Positions 17,522 to 26,232 of a DNA stretch of 58,553 bases are shown one piece after another; position 1 is the first letter of the stretch; every line of letters starts with the position of its first letter. The stretch lies in the NCBI GenBank assembly GCA_035562415.1, contig DATMWY010000204.1:1-58553 (forward strand). The letters run 5' to 3'. This DNA is from Candidatus Deferrimicrobium sp. (GTDB lineage Bacteria; Zixibacteria; MSB-5A5; GN15; FEB-12). The notes beneath the pieces are model-generated. The model made no database searches, had not been told where the DNA came from, and saw only the letters and a list, made by a program, of their open reading frames with translations. Made by a program: the position numbers and the translations under genes.

Positions 17522-18624
17522 GCAACGAGTTTCTTAATGTGGCCGTACACCTCATCCTGCTCCCCTTCGGTCAGCTCCGAGTAGATCGGGATCGAAAGAA
17601 CCTGCAGAGCGGCCTTGCCGGAGACCGGGAAATCATCGGCTTTGTGCCCCAGATACGAAAAGCAGGGCAGCTTGTGGAACGGGAACGGGTAGTAGACCTC
17701 GGAGCCGATTCCCGCCTCCTTGAGTTTCGCTTCGACTTGGTCGCGATTCGGGACGGCAATGGTGTACTGATTGTAAATATGGAAGGTGGAATACTCTTTC
17801 ACGACCGGACACGTGAGGTTTTTGGTGCCGGCGAACGCCTGATCGTATCTTTTCGCATGCGCTCGGCGCTCCTCGGACCACTTCCGTAAGTGCGGCAGCT
17901 TGACCAGCAGAATAGCGGCCTGGATGGTTGCCAGGCGTGAATTGTACCCCACAATTTCACTGAAGTATTTCTTTTTCCAGCCGTGCACACGCAGCATGCG
18001 ACAGAGTTCATAGCTGGCCTGATCGTTCATCACGATGATGCCGCCGTCGCCGCCGGCGCCGAGATTTTTTGACGGGAAGAAGGAGAAACATCCGAAATCA
18101 CCGATCGAGCCCGCTTTGCGACCCTTGTACTCGGCCCCGATCGCCTGGGCGCCGTCTTCGACCACCTTGAGACCGCACTTTCGGGCAATCTGCATGATTG
18201 GGTCCATGTCGGCCACCTGACCGAAGAGGTGGACGGGGACGATGGCTTTCGTTTTGGGCGTGATGGCCGCCTCTATGAGACGAGGATCGAGATTATAAGT
18301 ATCAGGCTCGATGTCCACGAACACCGGCTTAGCTCCCAATCTCCAGATCACTCCGGCCGTGGCAAAGAATGAGAAATCAGTTGTGATGACTTCATCACCC
18401 GGCCCGACCCCGGACGCGCGCAGCGCCAGAAGCAAGGCGTCGGTGCCCGACGCGACGCCGACGGCATACTTGACGCCGCACAGCGCCGCGATCTCTTCTT
18501 CGAGCTTTCTTACTTCTGGCCCCAGTATGAATTGGCCATGTGTCAGGACACTGATAACGGCAGCGTCAAGCTGGGGCTTCAGCGCTGCGTACTGGCGCTT
18601 TAAATCCAATAGTGGAACTGGCAT
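17518..18624 (-). CDS. DegT/DnrJ/EryC1/StrS-family sugar aminotransferase (WbpE-like)
   Basis: 368 aa from the ATG at 18624: MPVPLLDLKRQYAALKPQLD..FILGPEV..GVASGTDAL..SFFPSKNLGA. Confidence 0.9.
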   Translation of the reverse strand: MPVPLLDLKRQYAALKPQLDAAVISVLTHGQFILGPEVRKLEEEIAALCGVKYAVGVASGTDALLLALRASGVGPGDEVITTDFSFFATAGVIWRLGAKPVFVDIEPDTYNLDPRLIEAAITPKTKAIVPVHLFGQVADMDPIMQIARKCGLKVVEDGAQAIGAEYKGRKAGSIGDFGCFSFFPSKNLGAGGDGGIIVMNDQASYELCRMLRVHGWKKKYFSEIVGYNSRLATIQAAILLVKLPHLRKWSEERRAHAKRYDQAFAGTKNLTCPVVKEYSTFHIYNQYTIAVPNRDQVEAKLKEAGIGSEVYYPFPFHKLPCFSYLGHKADDFPVSGKAALQVLSIPIYSELTEGEQDEVYGHIKKLVA

Positions 18625-18634
18625 TGTTGCTACC

Positions 18635-19396
18635 TCACTCGTCTTTCCAGCCCTGGTTATCCAGTAGCTGCTCAACCGGAACATCACGAAACACTTTGGC
18701 CGGCACGCCGGCGACAATCTTCTTCGCTGGAGTATCGGAGGTGACCAGCGCGCCGGCGGCAACGAGGGTATCTTCCCCGATAACTTTGCCGGGAAGAATG
18801 GTGGCGTTGACTCCAATTCGCGCGCCGCGCCGGGCGATGATACCCTTGAAATGCTTGAAGCGCTCCGCGGTGCGCCCGACGAAGTTGTCGTTGGACGTCG
18901 CCACGCACGGCGCTACAAAAACGCGGTCGCCGACCTCGGAATAGGCCGTGATATACACATTCGTTTCCAGCTTAACGTACTTGCCGATTTTGCAGAAATT
19001 CTCTATGGCCACGCCCCGCCCCACAATCGTGTATTTGCCGATGGTTACGTTTTCCCGCACGGTCGACAGGTCTGCAATCAGCACCTTTTCACCGATTTCG
19101 GACCCCCGGTAGACGACTACGTGAGTCCCGATAATACAGTTGGACCCAATAGTGCACTGCGGCAGCTCCTGATCCGACGTCGTCGCGGAAATGACCGCTT
19201 TCATCGGGCGCTTGCCGATAACGGCGCCGTCGTCGATACGGACGTGGTCGCCGATCCGTGTGTCGGCGTGAATCGTCACATGGTGGCCGATGACGCACCC
19301 CTGGCCGATGGTCACCCGGTCACCGATCACGCAGTATTCGCCGTGTTTTGTGCCCGTTCCAAGTGACGCCGACGGGGCGATAATTGATGTCGACAT
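18635..19396 (-). CDS. Left-handed beta-helix (hexapeptide) sugar N-acetyltransferase (WbpD-like)
   Basis: 253 aa with repeated [LIV]G-x4 hexapeptides throughout (IGDRVTIGQGCVIGHHVTI etc.). Confidence 0.85.
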   Translation of the reverse strand: MSTSIIAPSASLGTGTKHGEYCVIGDRVTIGQGCVIGHHVTIHADTRIGDHVRIDDGAVIGKRPMKAVISATTSDQELPQCTIGSNCIIGTHVVVYRGSEIGEKVLIADLSTVRENVTIGKYTIVGRGVAIENFCKIGKYVKLETNVYITAYSEVGDRVFVAPCVATSNDNFVGRTAERFKHFKGIIARRGARIGVNATILPGKVIGEDTLVAAGALVTSDTPAKKIVAGVPAKVFRDVPVEQLLDNQGWKDE

Positions 19397-19449
19397 GAGT
19401 ATTATCCTCGTTTGATACTGGTAAATATATTTGCGACCGATACCGGCCG

Positions 19450-20454
19450 TTACAGGTTGACCGGAGCGCCTCCTGCTTCGAGCGACTTTTGGGCGGCCTC
19501 CAGCACGCGCAGCACGCGCAGCCCTTCGGCTCCATCAGAACGCGGGCGCTCCCGTTTTTCGATACAGTGCAGAAAGTGCTTACATTCCTCAGTGAGCGGC
19601 TCGGAGGTTTTGACCTGCGGAATGAGAATGTCGCCGGTCCGGATCGACAGGTATTCGCCGTAGGTGCTGTAATCCTGACGGGTCGCCACGCCCTTATCGT
19701 ACAGCCGAATCTTTTCGCTGGCCTCGCCGTCGTCGAACACCGCCATCTTTTTGGATCCGACGACGACCAGCTTGCGGTCCTTGTGAGGGTCGAGCCAGCT
19801 GACATGGATATGCGCCATCGTTCCGTCGCCAAAGTGCAGCGTGGTAAAGACGACATCTTCGATGCCCGGCTGCAGATATGCGGAGCCGGTGGCCGTGACC
19901 CGGACGGGGTCCTTTTCCAGCAGGAAGAGAATGATGGAAATGTCGTGGGGCGCGAATGACCAGAGGGCGTTTTCAATCTCGCGCACTTTCCCGAGATTCA
20001 CGCGGCTGGCGTACAGGTAATACACTTGCCCCAACTCGCCGGCGTCGATGCTGGCTTTGAGGTAGAGCGTCGCCGGATGATAGACCATGATGTGCCCGAC
20101 CATCAGGATGCGATTGGCCTTCTCGGCGGCATTGACGAGTTTCTCCCCGTCAGCGACCGACAACACGAGCGGCTTCTCGACAAAGACATCCTTGCCCGCC
20201 TCAATGGCGGTCATGGCCATTTTGAAATGGTCGGCCGGCGGGGTGGCCAGGATGACGGCTTCGATATCGTCCCGTTTCACGACGTCTTCGTACTTTGTCG
20301 TCGTTTCAATGCCAGGGTAATTGGCCCGGGCATACGCCAGCCGAGCGTCATCCTGGTCGCACGCCAGCACCAGCCGCCCGCCGGTGAGACTGTGAAAATT
20401 CCGCAGCAGGTTTCTGCCCCAGGCGCCGATGCCGGCAATAGATAAGTTTTTCAT
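19450..20454 (-). CDS. Gfo/Idh/MocA-family NAD-dependent sugar oxidoreductase (WbpB-like)
   Basis: 334 aa. N-terminal Rossmann fold IAGIGAWGRN, and EKPL motif (VFVEKPL). Confidence 0.88.
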   Translation of the reverse strand: MKNLSIAGIGAWGRNLLRNFHSLTGGRLVLACDQDDARLAYARANYPGIETTTKYEDVVKRDDIEAVILATPPADHFKMAMTAIEAGKDVFVEKPLVLSVADGEKLVNAAEKANRILMVGHIMVYHPATLYLKASIDAGELGQVYYLYASRVNLGKVREIENALWSFAPHDISIILFLLEKDPVRVTATGSAYLQPGIEDVVFTTLHFGDGTMAHIHVSWLDPHKDRKLVVVGSKKMAVFDDGEASEKIRLYDKGVATRQDYSTYGEYLSIRTGDILIPQVKTSEPLTEECKHFLHCIEKRERPRSDGAEGLRVLRVLEAAQKSLEAGGAPVNL

Positions 20455-20480
20455 AGCGCGTTATACACTTTTCCGATCGT

Positions 20481-21686
20481 TTATGTTTTGTGAACCTTTC
20501 GCACCCCGGGCAGCCATCCGAAGAAAGCATCCGCGAATAATGCCGCCCGCGCGAAATCCTGCGGGCTGGACTTCTTCATGCGAGCCAGATATTCCAAAAA
20601 CGAAGCCAGGACAACGGCCACAATGAGCGAGAACCCGAATGTACTTCCCACAATCAGCAGCCGCTTGGGCCGGCTTTTTGTTTCGGGTGGTTTGGCTCGA
20701 TCCAGCACGGAGATCGTCGATGTTTTTTCGTTTTCCCGTATTTTGGCCTGTTCGAGTTGTTCCAGCAGGACGGCATAGAGGGACTCCCCCACGCGAACCC
20801 GGCTATAAAGGACTTCGTATCGGCCTCGCAACGCCGGAATCGAAGAAACCGGCAGGGAGAAGAAGGAACTGTCCGGGTTGTCTTCCTCCAGTTGACGGAG
20901 CTGTTCGCTGACGACATTGCGGCGGCGCTTCAGCTCAATCAAATCCGTATTGTCAGCTCCAAGGGTCCGTTCTCTCATCTTCAACTCGATATCCAGCTCG
21001 GCCAAAGCAACCTTGAGTTTGACCGCCTGTTCAACCGCCAGCCTGGTCTGCTGATCGAAATCCATAGCCCGGTTGGCCAGTTGAAATTCTTCGAATTCGT
21101 GGCGCGCCTCGGTCAGCTCCCGTTGAACCTGAGCGAGTCTTTCCTCGATGAATATACGGTTTTGGCGCACTCGTTCGGAGGCAATTTCACGGTTGACACG
21201 GTCGAGTTCGTCGACAAAGACGTTGGCCATCTCCGCTGCCACTGTCGGATCGCGATCCTCGACGGAAATAAGCAGCAGGCCCTCATCGGTGACCTTGAAC
21301 TTCGCCCGGTCCATCAACTCCTCATAGGCTTTCTGGAAATTATCCACATGGAACCGCGTTTGCAGGTCGAATTTTTCAACAATACGCTCGGTGATGGTCC
21401 GGCTTTTCAGGATGCGGGCGTACACGTCCGACGAAGTCACCATCACCGGCAGATCCAGCCCTTCAGTGACCGACACCACTTCGGACAAACGCGCCAGCCC
21501 CGGGACCGGCAGCGAGAGATCCTTCGGAGGCAGCAGGAGAGCCGAAGCCTTGTACCACTTCGGCAGCACCAGAGCGATCACCAGCGATCCGAGAGTCATT
21601 ACGAGAACAAATCCGAGGAGGAATGCTCGGCGTCGGGCTAGCGTTTCCAGCAGGATCCAGAAATTGTTAGGGGATGCTTGAGTCAC
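20481..21686 (-). CDS. Polysaccharide co-polymerase / chain-length determinant (Wzz/GumC type)
   Basis: 401 aa. N-terminal TM followed by PKWYKASALLLPP, a long coiled coil, and a C-terminal TM. The GTG start overlaps the upstream stop (GTGA). Confidence 0.85.
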   Translation of the reverse strand: MTQASPNNFWILLETLARRRAFLLGFVLVMTLGSLVIALVLPKWYKASALLLPPKDLSLPVPGLARLSEVVSVTEGLDLPVMVTSSDVYARILKSRTITERIVEKFDLQTRFHVDNFQKAYEELMDRAKFKVTDEGLLLISVEDRDPTVAAEMANVFVDELDRVNREIASERVRQNRIFIEERLAQVQRELTEARHEFEEFQLANRAMDFDQQTRLAVEQAVKLKVALAELDIELKMRERTLGADNTDLIELKRRRNVVSEQLRQLEEDNPDSSFFSLPVSSIPALRGRYEVLYSRVRVGESLYAVLLEQLEQAKIRENEKTSTISVLDRAKPPETKSRPKRLLIVGSTFGFSLIVAVVLASFLEYLARMKKSSPQDFARAALFADAFFGWLPGVRKVHKT

Positions 21687-23050
21687 TGGAGTTCTTGACG
21701 AATGTTGACAATCACCTCATCGCCGTCGTGCACGATGGCTGCGGGCGATTGCACAGACGTTTGTTTCGTGACGCGATTAATGATATGAATTTGGTCCTTG
21801 TCGGCCGTCGGAAGAAATCCGCCGGCAGCCGTGACATAATAGAGAGCGCTTTCGTTATCACGAAACGGAAATAAGCCGGCATTGTGCACTTCACCTCTCA
21901 CTTTCACATAACCCATAGTTACGGGAACATACACGGAATCATCCGCACGAATGGGGAATTGCTCCACCTGGCCGTCACCGTGGACGGTGTTCGAGATCGG
22001 ATACCTCTGGGTCATCGGTCGTCCCCACTCGTCGGCTTCAGCCTTTCGGAATACCGTTGTGCGGGCGGCATTCGCCTGAGGGGAAAACCCGCCCGCCTGC
22101 GTGATCAGCTCGGCCAACGTCAGACCGGGCCGAAATTCATACATACCGGGACGCGAGATGGCGCCGTATACAGTGAGAGACGCGTGAGTGATGCTCGTCG
22201 GCTTTGGCGGCACGAGTATTATGTCGCCCGCCTTGATCTTGTCCGCGTGACTGGCATGCGATTGCGACTCACTGATAATCTGCATCGCAGACGTATCACC
22301 GTTGGTACGCGCTCCGCCGGCCAACAACAGGAGCAATTGCAGAGAATCTTCGGGCAAGAGTTCTACTTCGCGTGGGTTGGCGACCTCACCCACCACTTGC
22401 ACCAGTAGATCCGACTTGCCGGGGACGTAAATACGATCGCCGGCGTACAGGCACGGGTTGGCCGTCAGGTCGCCAAGAAACTCCGCGCGGTCCAAGTCGA
22501 CCATTATATCCCTGGGGCCGCCGGACAGAATGATTCTCCGCCGGGAGCCGCTGGGACTGACTCCTCCGGCGGTATCGATGATCTCCGAGACCCGCTGCGA
22601 GGTATAGGCCACATAGAGCCCCGGACGCTTGACCGCTCCGCTGACCGTGATCGCCACTTTCGAGGGTCCGGCCACGGAGATAGCAATTTCGTCGGCCTTG
22701 TAGAGGCTCTGCAGCGCGCTCTGCAGTTCCTGTCGGGCGGCGGAGAGCGTCTTGTGCGACAGGTCGAAGATACCTATCGTGGCATCAATCACTCGTCCTT
22801 CCGGGTCTACGGTTAACGACACCGCTGGCAGCTTGGCTCTGATAAAGGTGACTACCAGTTCGTCGCCCGGCCGGATAAGGTACAAGTCGGGATCGACCGG
22901 ATGATCGAAATAGCGGTAGCTGTCCACAACCCCAACCATGAGGCTGTCCAGCCGGGCCGGCTTCTGTCCCGAGGCTGAGGACACCATTACCAGGCAGGCA
23001 CAGCCTACCGCCGTTACCGCGCGACGCACTTTTTTCCTCCGAAAGACCAA
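21683..23050 (-). CDS. Wza-like polysaccharide export protein (Poly_export + SLBB repeats)
   Basis: 455 aa. Signal peptide, IRPGDELVVTF export motif, and repeated SLBB-like segments (GAVKRPGLY, GEVANPREV, GAISRPGMY, GEVHNAGLF). Confidence 0.85.
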   Translation of the reverse strand: MVFRRKKVRRAVTAVGCACLVMVSSASGQKPARLDSLMVGVVDSYRYFDHPVDPDLYLIRPGDELVVTFIRAKLPAVSLTVDPEGRVIDATIGIFDLSHKTLSAARQELQSALQSLYKADEIAISVAGPSKVAITVSGAVKRPGLYVAYTSQRVSEIIDTAGGVSPSGSRRRIILSGGPRDIMVDLDRAEFLGDLTANPCLYAGDRIYVPGKSDLLVQVVGEVANPREVELLPEDSLQLLLLLAGGARTNGDTSAMQIISESQSHASHADKIKAGDIILVPPKPTSITHASLTVYGAISRPGMYEFRPGLTLAELITQAGGFSPQANAARTTVFRKAEADEWGRPMTQRYPISNTVHGDGQVEQFPIRADDSVYVPVTMGYVKVRGEVHNAGLFPFRDNESALYYVTAAGGFLPTADKDQIHIINRVTKQTSVQSPAAIVHDGDEVIVNIRQELQ

Positions 23051-23191
23051 ACGATCAATCCTCTCCTAAAATTAGAGGCGGTATTCTACCCAGACCAGCA
23101 GGTAAAGTCAACCGCCATCCAACAGACCCGCAAGGCACGCGGCCCCAGCCTGAGTGCCTCGACGATCAGCGGAACGCTGTCCCAAAAGTTT

Positions 23192-23301
23192 TGTAGGTCG
23201 GATTCCGAGTGCCGCGTTGGCGGGACGAGAAACCCGACATCTTCCGCGAAAATTGTTGTCGGGTTTCTCATCCGCCTGTGGGGGATTCGGAGCCCGACCT
23301 A
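23192..23301 (+). repeat. 110-bp MITE/REP-like element, family B, copy 1
   Basis: Terminal inverted repeat GTAGGTCGG..CCGACCTAC with nested palindromes (GAGAAACCCGACA..TGTCGGGTTTCTC). Roughly 80% identical by eye to 38930-39039, in the same orientation. Confidence 0.85.
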
Positions 23302-23348
23302 CTATCTGGAAAGGTTTGTCGTTTCCGTTCCATGTCGTAAATTGGACT

Positions 23349-24488
23349 GTGCCATTGGCCGACGTCAGACCATTTTGGAGCAGACTCATCCGAAGCCGAC
23401 GCTTTGTCGTGCCCACAATTTTTTGGGTTGCCTTTGTGCTTGGCTATGTCGTGCTCTTCAAGACTGGAAACCCAAAGTACTATTCTCTGGGCCGGATGCT
23501 GACTCAGTGGGACGGCCAGCACTACCTGTCGATCGCCCGCGATGGGTATGAGAAATATCCCTGTGCGCAGCGACCGGGCTACACCTGTGGAAATGTCGGC
23601 TGGTTTCCCTTCTACCCTCTGGTGGGGCGTGCGGTAGGCTTCGTTTTCGGTCTTTTCGGCCTCGACTTCACGGTCGCCATGCCGGCGACAAGCTGGCTGG
23701 CCTTATGGCTGGCACTGCTGGCGCTGTATCGACTGGTCGAGCGTCAGTTTGGAGACCGGCCAGCCGCCGTTTGTATCGGGACGCTGCTTCTGTTTCCCAC
23801 GTCATTTTACTACATCACGAGCTTTCCATACTCGTTGTTTTTGCTTCTCGCTGTCTGCTCGCTGGGCCTGCTGCAGTCGGAACGCTATGGACTCCTGGCT
23901 CTCCCGATTGCCTGTCTGGCGGTGACCTACCCTTCAGGAGTTGTCATAGGTATTCCCATTCTCTATACGGTCATAGTCAAGTGGCGCCACCTCGGTGCGC
24001 GCCAGAAACTCGCCCTGTTCGCCTCACTGGCGGCAATCGGCGCCGCCCTGGTATTGTACGCCGCTTACTACTGGTGGAAGTTCGATGACTTTCTTTTGTA
24101 TTTGCACTATCAGGAGCAGAGCCAGTACGCCCACCGTATTACGGTGCCGCTGCTTCCGATGATTGACTCGTTGCGGCATTGGTCATGGAAGGACCCGGCC
24201 GTGATTATGCTGATTTTCGTGTCGGTAACGATGGCCATCTTTTACTCTCGTCGTGTGCCGGTGAGTTGGATGCTGCTCATGTTTGGCATTATCCTATTCA
24301 CGCCGACGATGGGGACGATGATGTGCTACTACCGACACGTGGTGGTGGCGTTTCCCTTGTTTGTGATGGCCGGCCTGGCGTGGGAGTCTCGCCGGCGCCG
24401 CTATTTGCTGTTACCCTATGCGATTGTAGCGGCCGTTCTCACCTGGACCGTCTACCTGTTTTACTACAAAGCCGGAATGCTCATGTAG
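23349..24488 (+). CDS. Polytopic membrane protein, PIG-V/mannosyltransferase-like (GT-C)
   Basis: QWDGQHYLSIARDGYE motif after the first TM, then about 9 more TMs. The start is uncertain: GTG 23349 is proposed because the 5' part of the track ORF (from 23154) is the family B repeat. Confidence 0.65.
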   Translation: MPLADVRPFWSRLIRSRRFVVPTIFWVAFVLGYVVLFKTGNPKYYSLGRMLTQWDGQHYLSIARDGYEKYPCAQRPGYTCGNVGWFPFYPLVGRAVGFVFGLFGLDFTVAMPATSWLALWLALLALYRLVERQFGDRPAAVCIGTLLLFPTSFYYITSFPYSLFLLLAVCSLGLLQSERYGLLALPIACLAVTYPSGVVIGIPILYTVIVKWRHLGARQKLALFASLAAIGAALVLYAAYYWWKFDDFLLYLHYQEQSQYAHRITVPLLPMIDSLRHWSWKDPAVIMLIFVSVTMAIFYSRRVPVSWMLLMFGIILFTPTMGTMMCYYRHVVVAFPLFVMAGLAWESRRRRYLLLPYAIVAAVLTWTVYLFYYKAGMLM

Positions 24489-24493
24489 GCCGG

Positions 24494-24960
24494 CTATTTC
24501 GCCAGCCGGAAATAGTGAATCAAAGTATCCGTGTACTCACGAATGATCGGTGGCTCCTGTTGAATCGTGTCGGCCCAATCGACGATCTGCGTGTCGGGTC
24601 CAAGGTACAAGCTATCCCTCACGAAGGTCGAACGGAACGTCCCCCGCGGTACGTGCAAAGAGTCACATCCGCCCGTGTATTGAATGGAAGTCGGTGTCAG
24701 CGTCAGCCGGTTGGTGCCGAAATCGAGGACGCGTCCGTTAGACGAGCACAGGTTGCTGTTGTGGGTGACGTGGTTCAGTGAATAGGCGTCGTTGTTCAAG
24801 GTCAGTACCACGAGATCCGTATCGACAATCCAGATCGGGTATTGCTCCTGAAATTTTCGAAAGATCAGTTGCCCGGAGTATTCCTCCCTGATGTCGGGCT
24901 TCGGATCACTGCCGCAGGACACGATTATGGCGGCGAGAAGAATAACGTACACTTTCGGCA
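24494..24960 (-). CDS. Hypothetical lipoprotein
   Basis: Starting at TTG 24960 gives MPKVYVILLAAIIVSCGS, a clean lipoprotein signal. The track ORF start (25024) adds a charged extension. No recognisable family. Confidence 0.55.
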
Positions 24961-25283
24961 ACGCTGCATGCCGGTGCCGATTGGTGACAGCATCCTCTAT
25001 TCGGTCTGACGTCGACCTGGCCACAACTGCCTCCGCTGACAGGCGTTTAAGAACGGGTGAATTGTCATTTAAGTATAGTACGAGATTGCCCGTTTGGATA
25101 GTGCATTGCGCTCACACCGCAGCGTTACGCGCATTGCACAGTAAGGCAACAACTTAGGTGGTTCGGGATGTATCTCGTCTCGTCCTTCGACAGCGAAATC
25201 TTTCGGGGGGGTCGGATAGAACTTTCCTCAGGCGCAGGTACGATGGCTGTCCCAAAAGCCAGTTGGACAAGACATCGACATCC

Positions 25284-25314
25284 GTCATCCTGGGCGGACT
25301 TGTCCGCCTTTGGA
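25284..25314. repeat. Hairpin repeat, family E, copy 2
   Basis: GTCATCCTGGGCGGACTTGTCCGCCTTTGGA. Confidence 0.7.
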
Positions 25315-25372
25315 AGATATGTTCCTGCCAAACGTTCAACCCGCGGCTGGGGCCGCAGATTGGAGGCGCAAC

Positions 25373-25740
25373 ATGGAGAATATACCTTTTGATAGTCACA
25401 AGCGCTACACCCACTACTTGGTGGAGGGATGCGGCCGCAACTGGTGCATGCTCGGAAGGCGAAGCTGATGATGGGATGTATCAACATGACGGATCGCCTG
25501 GACGTACGCGGGTTGAACCGGTTGCAGCGGGCGGGGACGCTGCCGACGGTGTGGATACCGCCGGAAGAAATCCGACTGTTGCAGTCGGAGCCGGGGATCG
25601 GCTTTGTCTTGGGGGTTATCGTCCCTCTGGACGTGGGGGCGGTCGCGCGCCACTTGGCCGAGGCCACATATTGGATATTGATGAAGAGAGAACCCTGTCG
25701 AGATCCGTGTGTCAAGCGGGTGTTGCCGACGGACGCCTAA
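25373..25740 (+). pseudogene. Internally deleted, frameshifted remnant of an IS110-family transposase
   Basis: Frame a: [18 protein letters not shown] (IS110 N-terminal GIDSHKRY type). Frame b: [44 protein letters not shown] (KTDRIDA..VWIP motif running straight into a PGIG helix-hairpin-helix motif). Far too short for an intact gene. Confidence 0.5.
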
Positions 25741-26172
25741 GCGCGAAGACGTCATGAGCCGTTCAGGCTCGAACCATGATTGCGACAGGCGTCTGAAATA
25801 ACCTCATACTCCATTGAGGGTGAAGAGATGACTCCGGCAAGACCGGCCCGAGAACGAGCGCCACGCCGCTCAGACGGACCTCAACCAGATGCCGGCTTCG
25901 GCCGGCCACGGAAACGTATGTGTGAAACGACGGTTTCTCCTTGACAGCCGGCGCGCTCTCAGAGATGACTTTCTAAATGCCTTGAATGTCACAGACAAGC
26001 CTCTTGGGACAGCTTCTCCCCGGCTGCCGATTGAGACGGCATGTGTGATGAGGGTGGCTACGAACACGGCGGCGTGGTCTGCCCAGGATGCGCGTGCAGC
26101 GCTTTTTGATTAAGGAAGTTATCCAACTTGCATTATCGAGCAGGCTACCCAGGCTATTATGACATCGAATGT

Positions 26173-26212
26173 GAAAGACGACCACTCCGTCGTGCGGAGT
26201 AGTCGTCTTCCT
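26173..26212 (-). terminator. Long imperfect hairpin 20 nt after the stop of the 26233-29592 gene
   Basis: Minus strand: GAAGACGAC-t-ACTCCG-cacga-CGGAGT-g-GTCGTCTT. There is no U-run, so a terminator role is tentative. Confidence 0.4.
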
Positions 26213-26232
26213 TGAACCCACCTACAGTCACT

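Noticed and set aside
25751-25800. tRNA-like fragment (minus strand ..CGCAATCATGGTTCGAGCCTGAAC..) next to the IS110 relic, considered as a possible att remnant of the tRNA(CAU)
   Set aside because: Only AATCAT and GGTTCGAGCC resemble the tRNA. The stems do not pair and there is no extended identity to the 3' half of the tRNA at 34581-34654.
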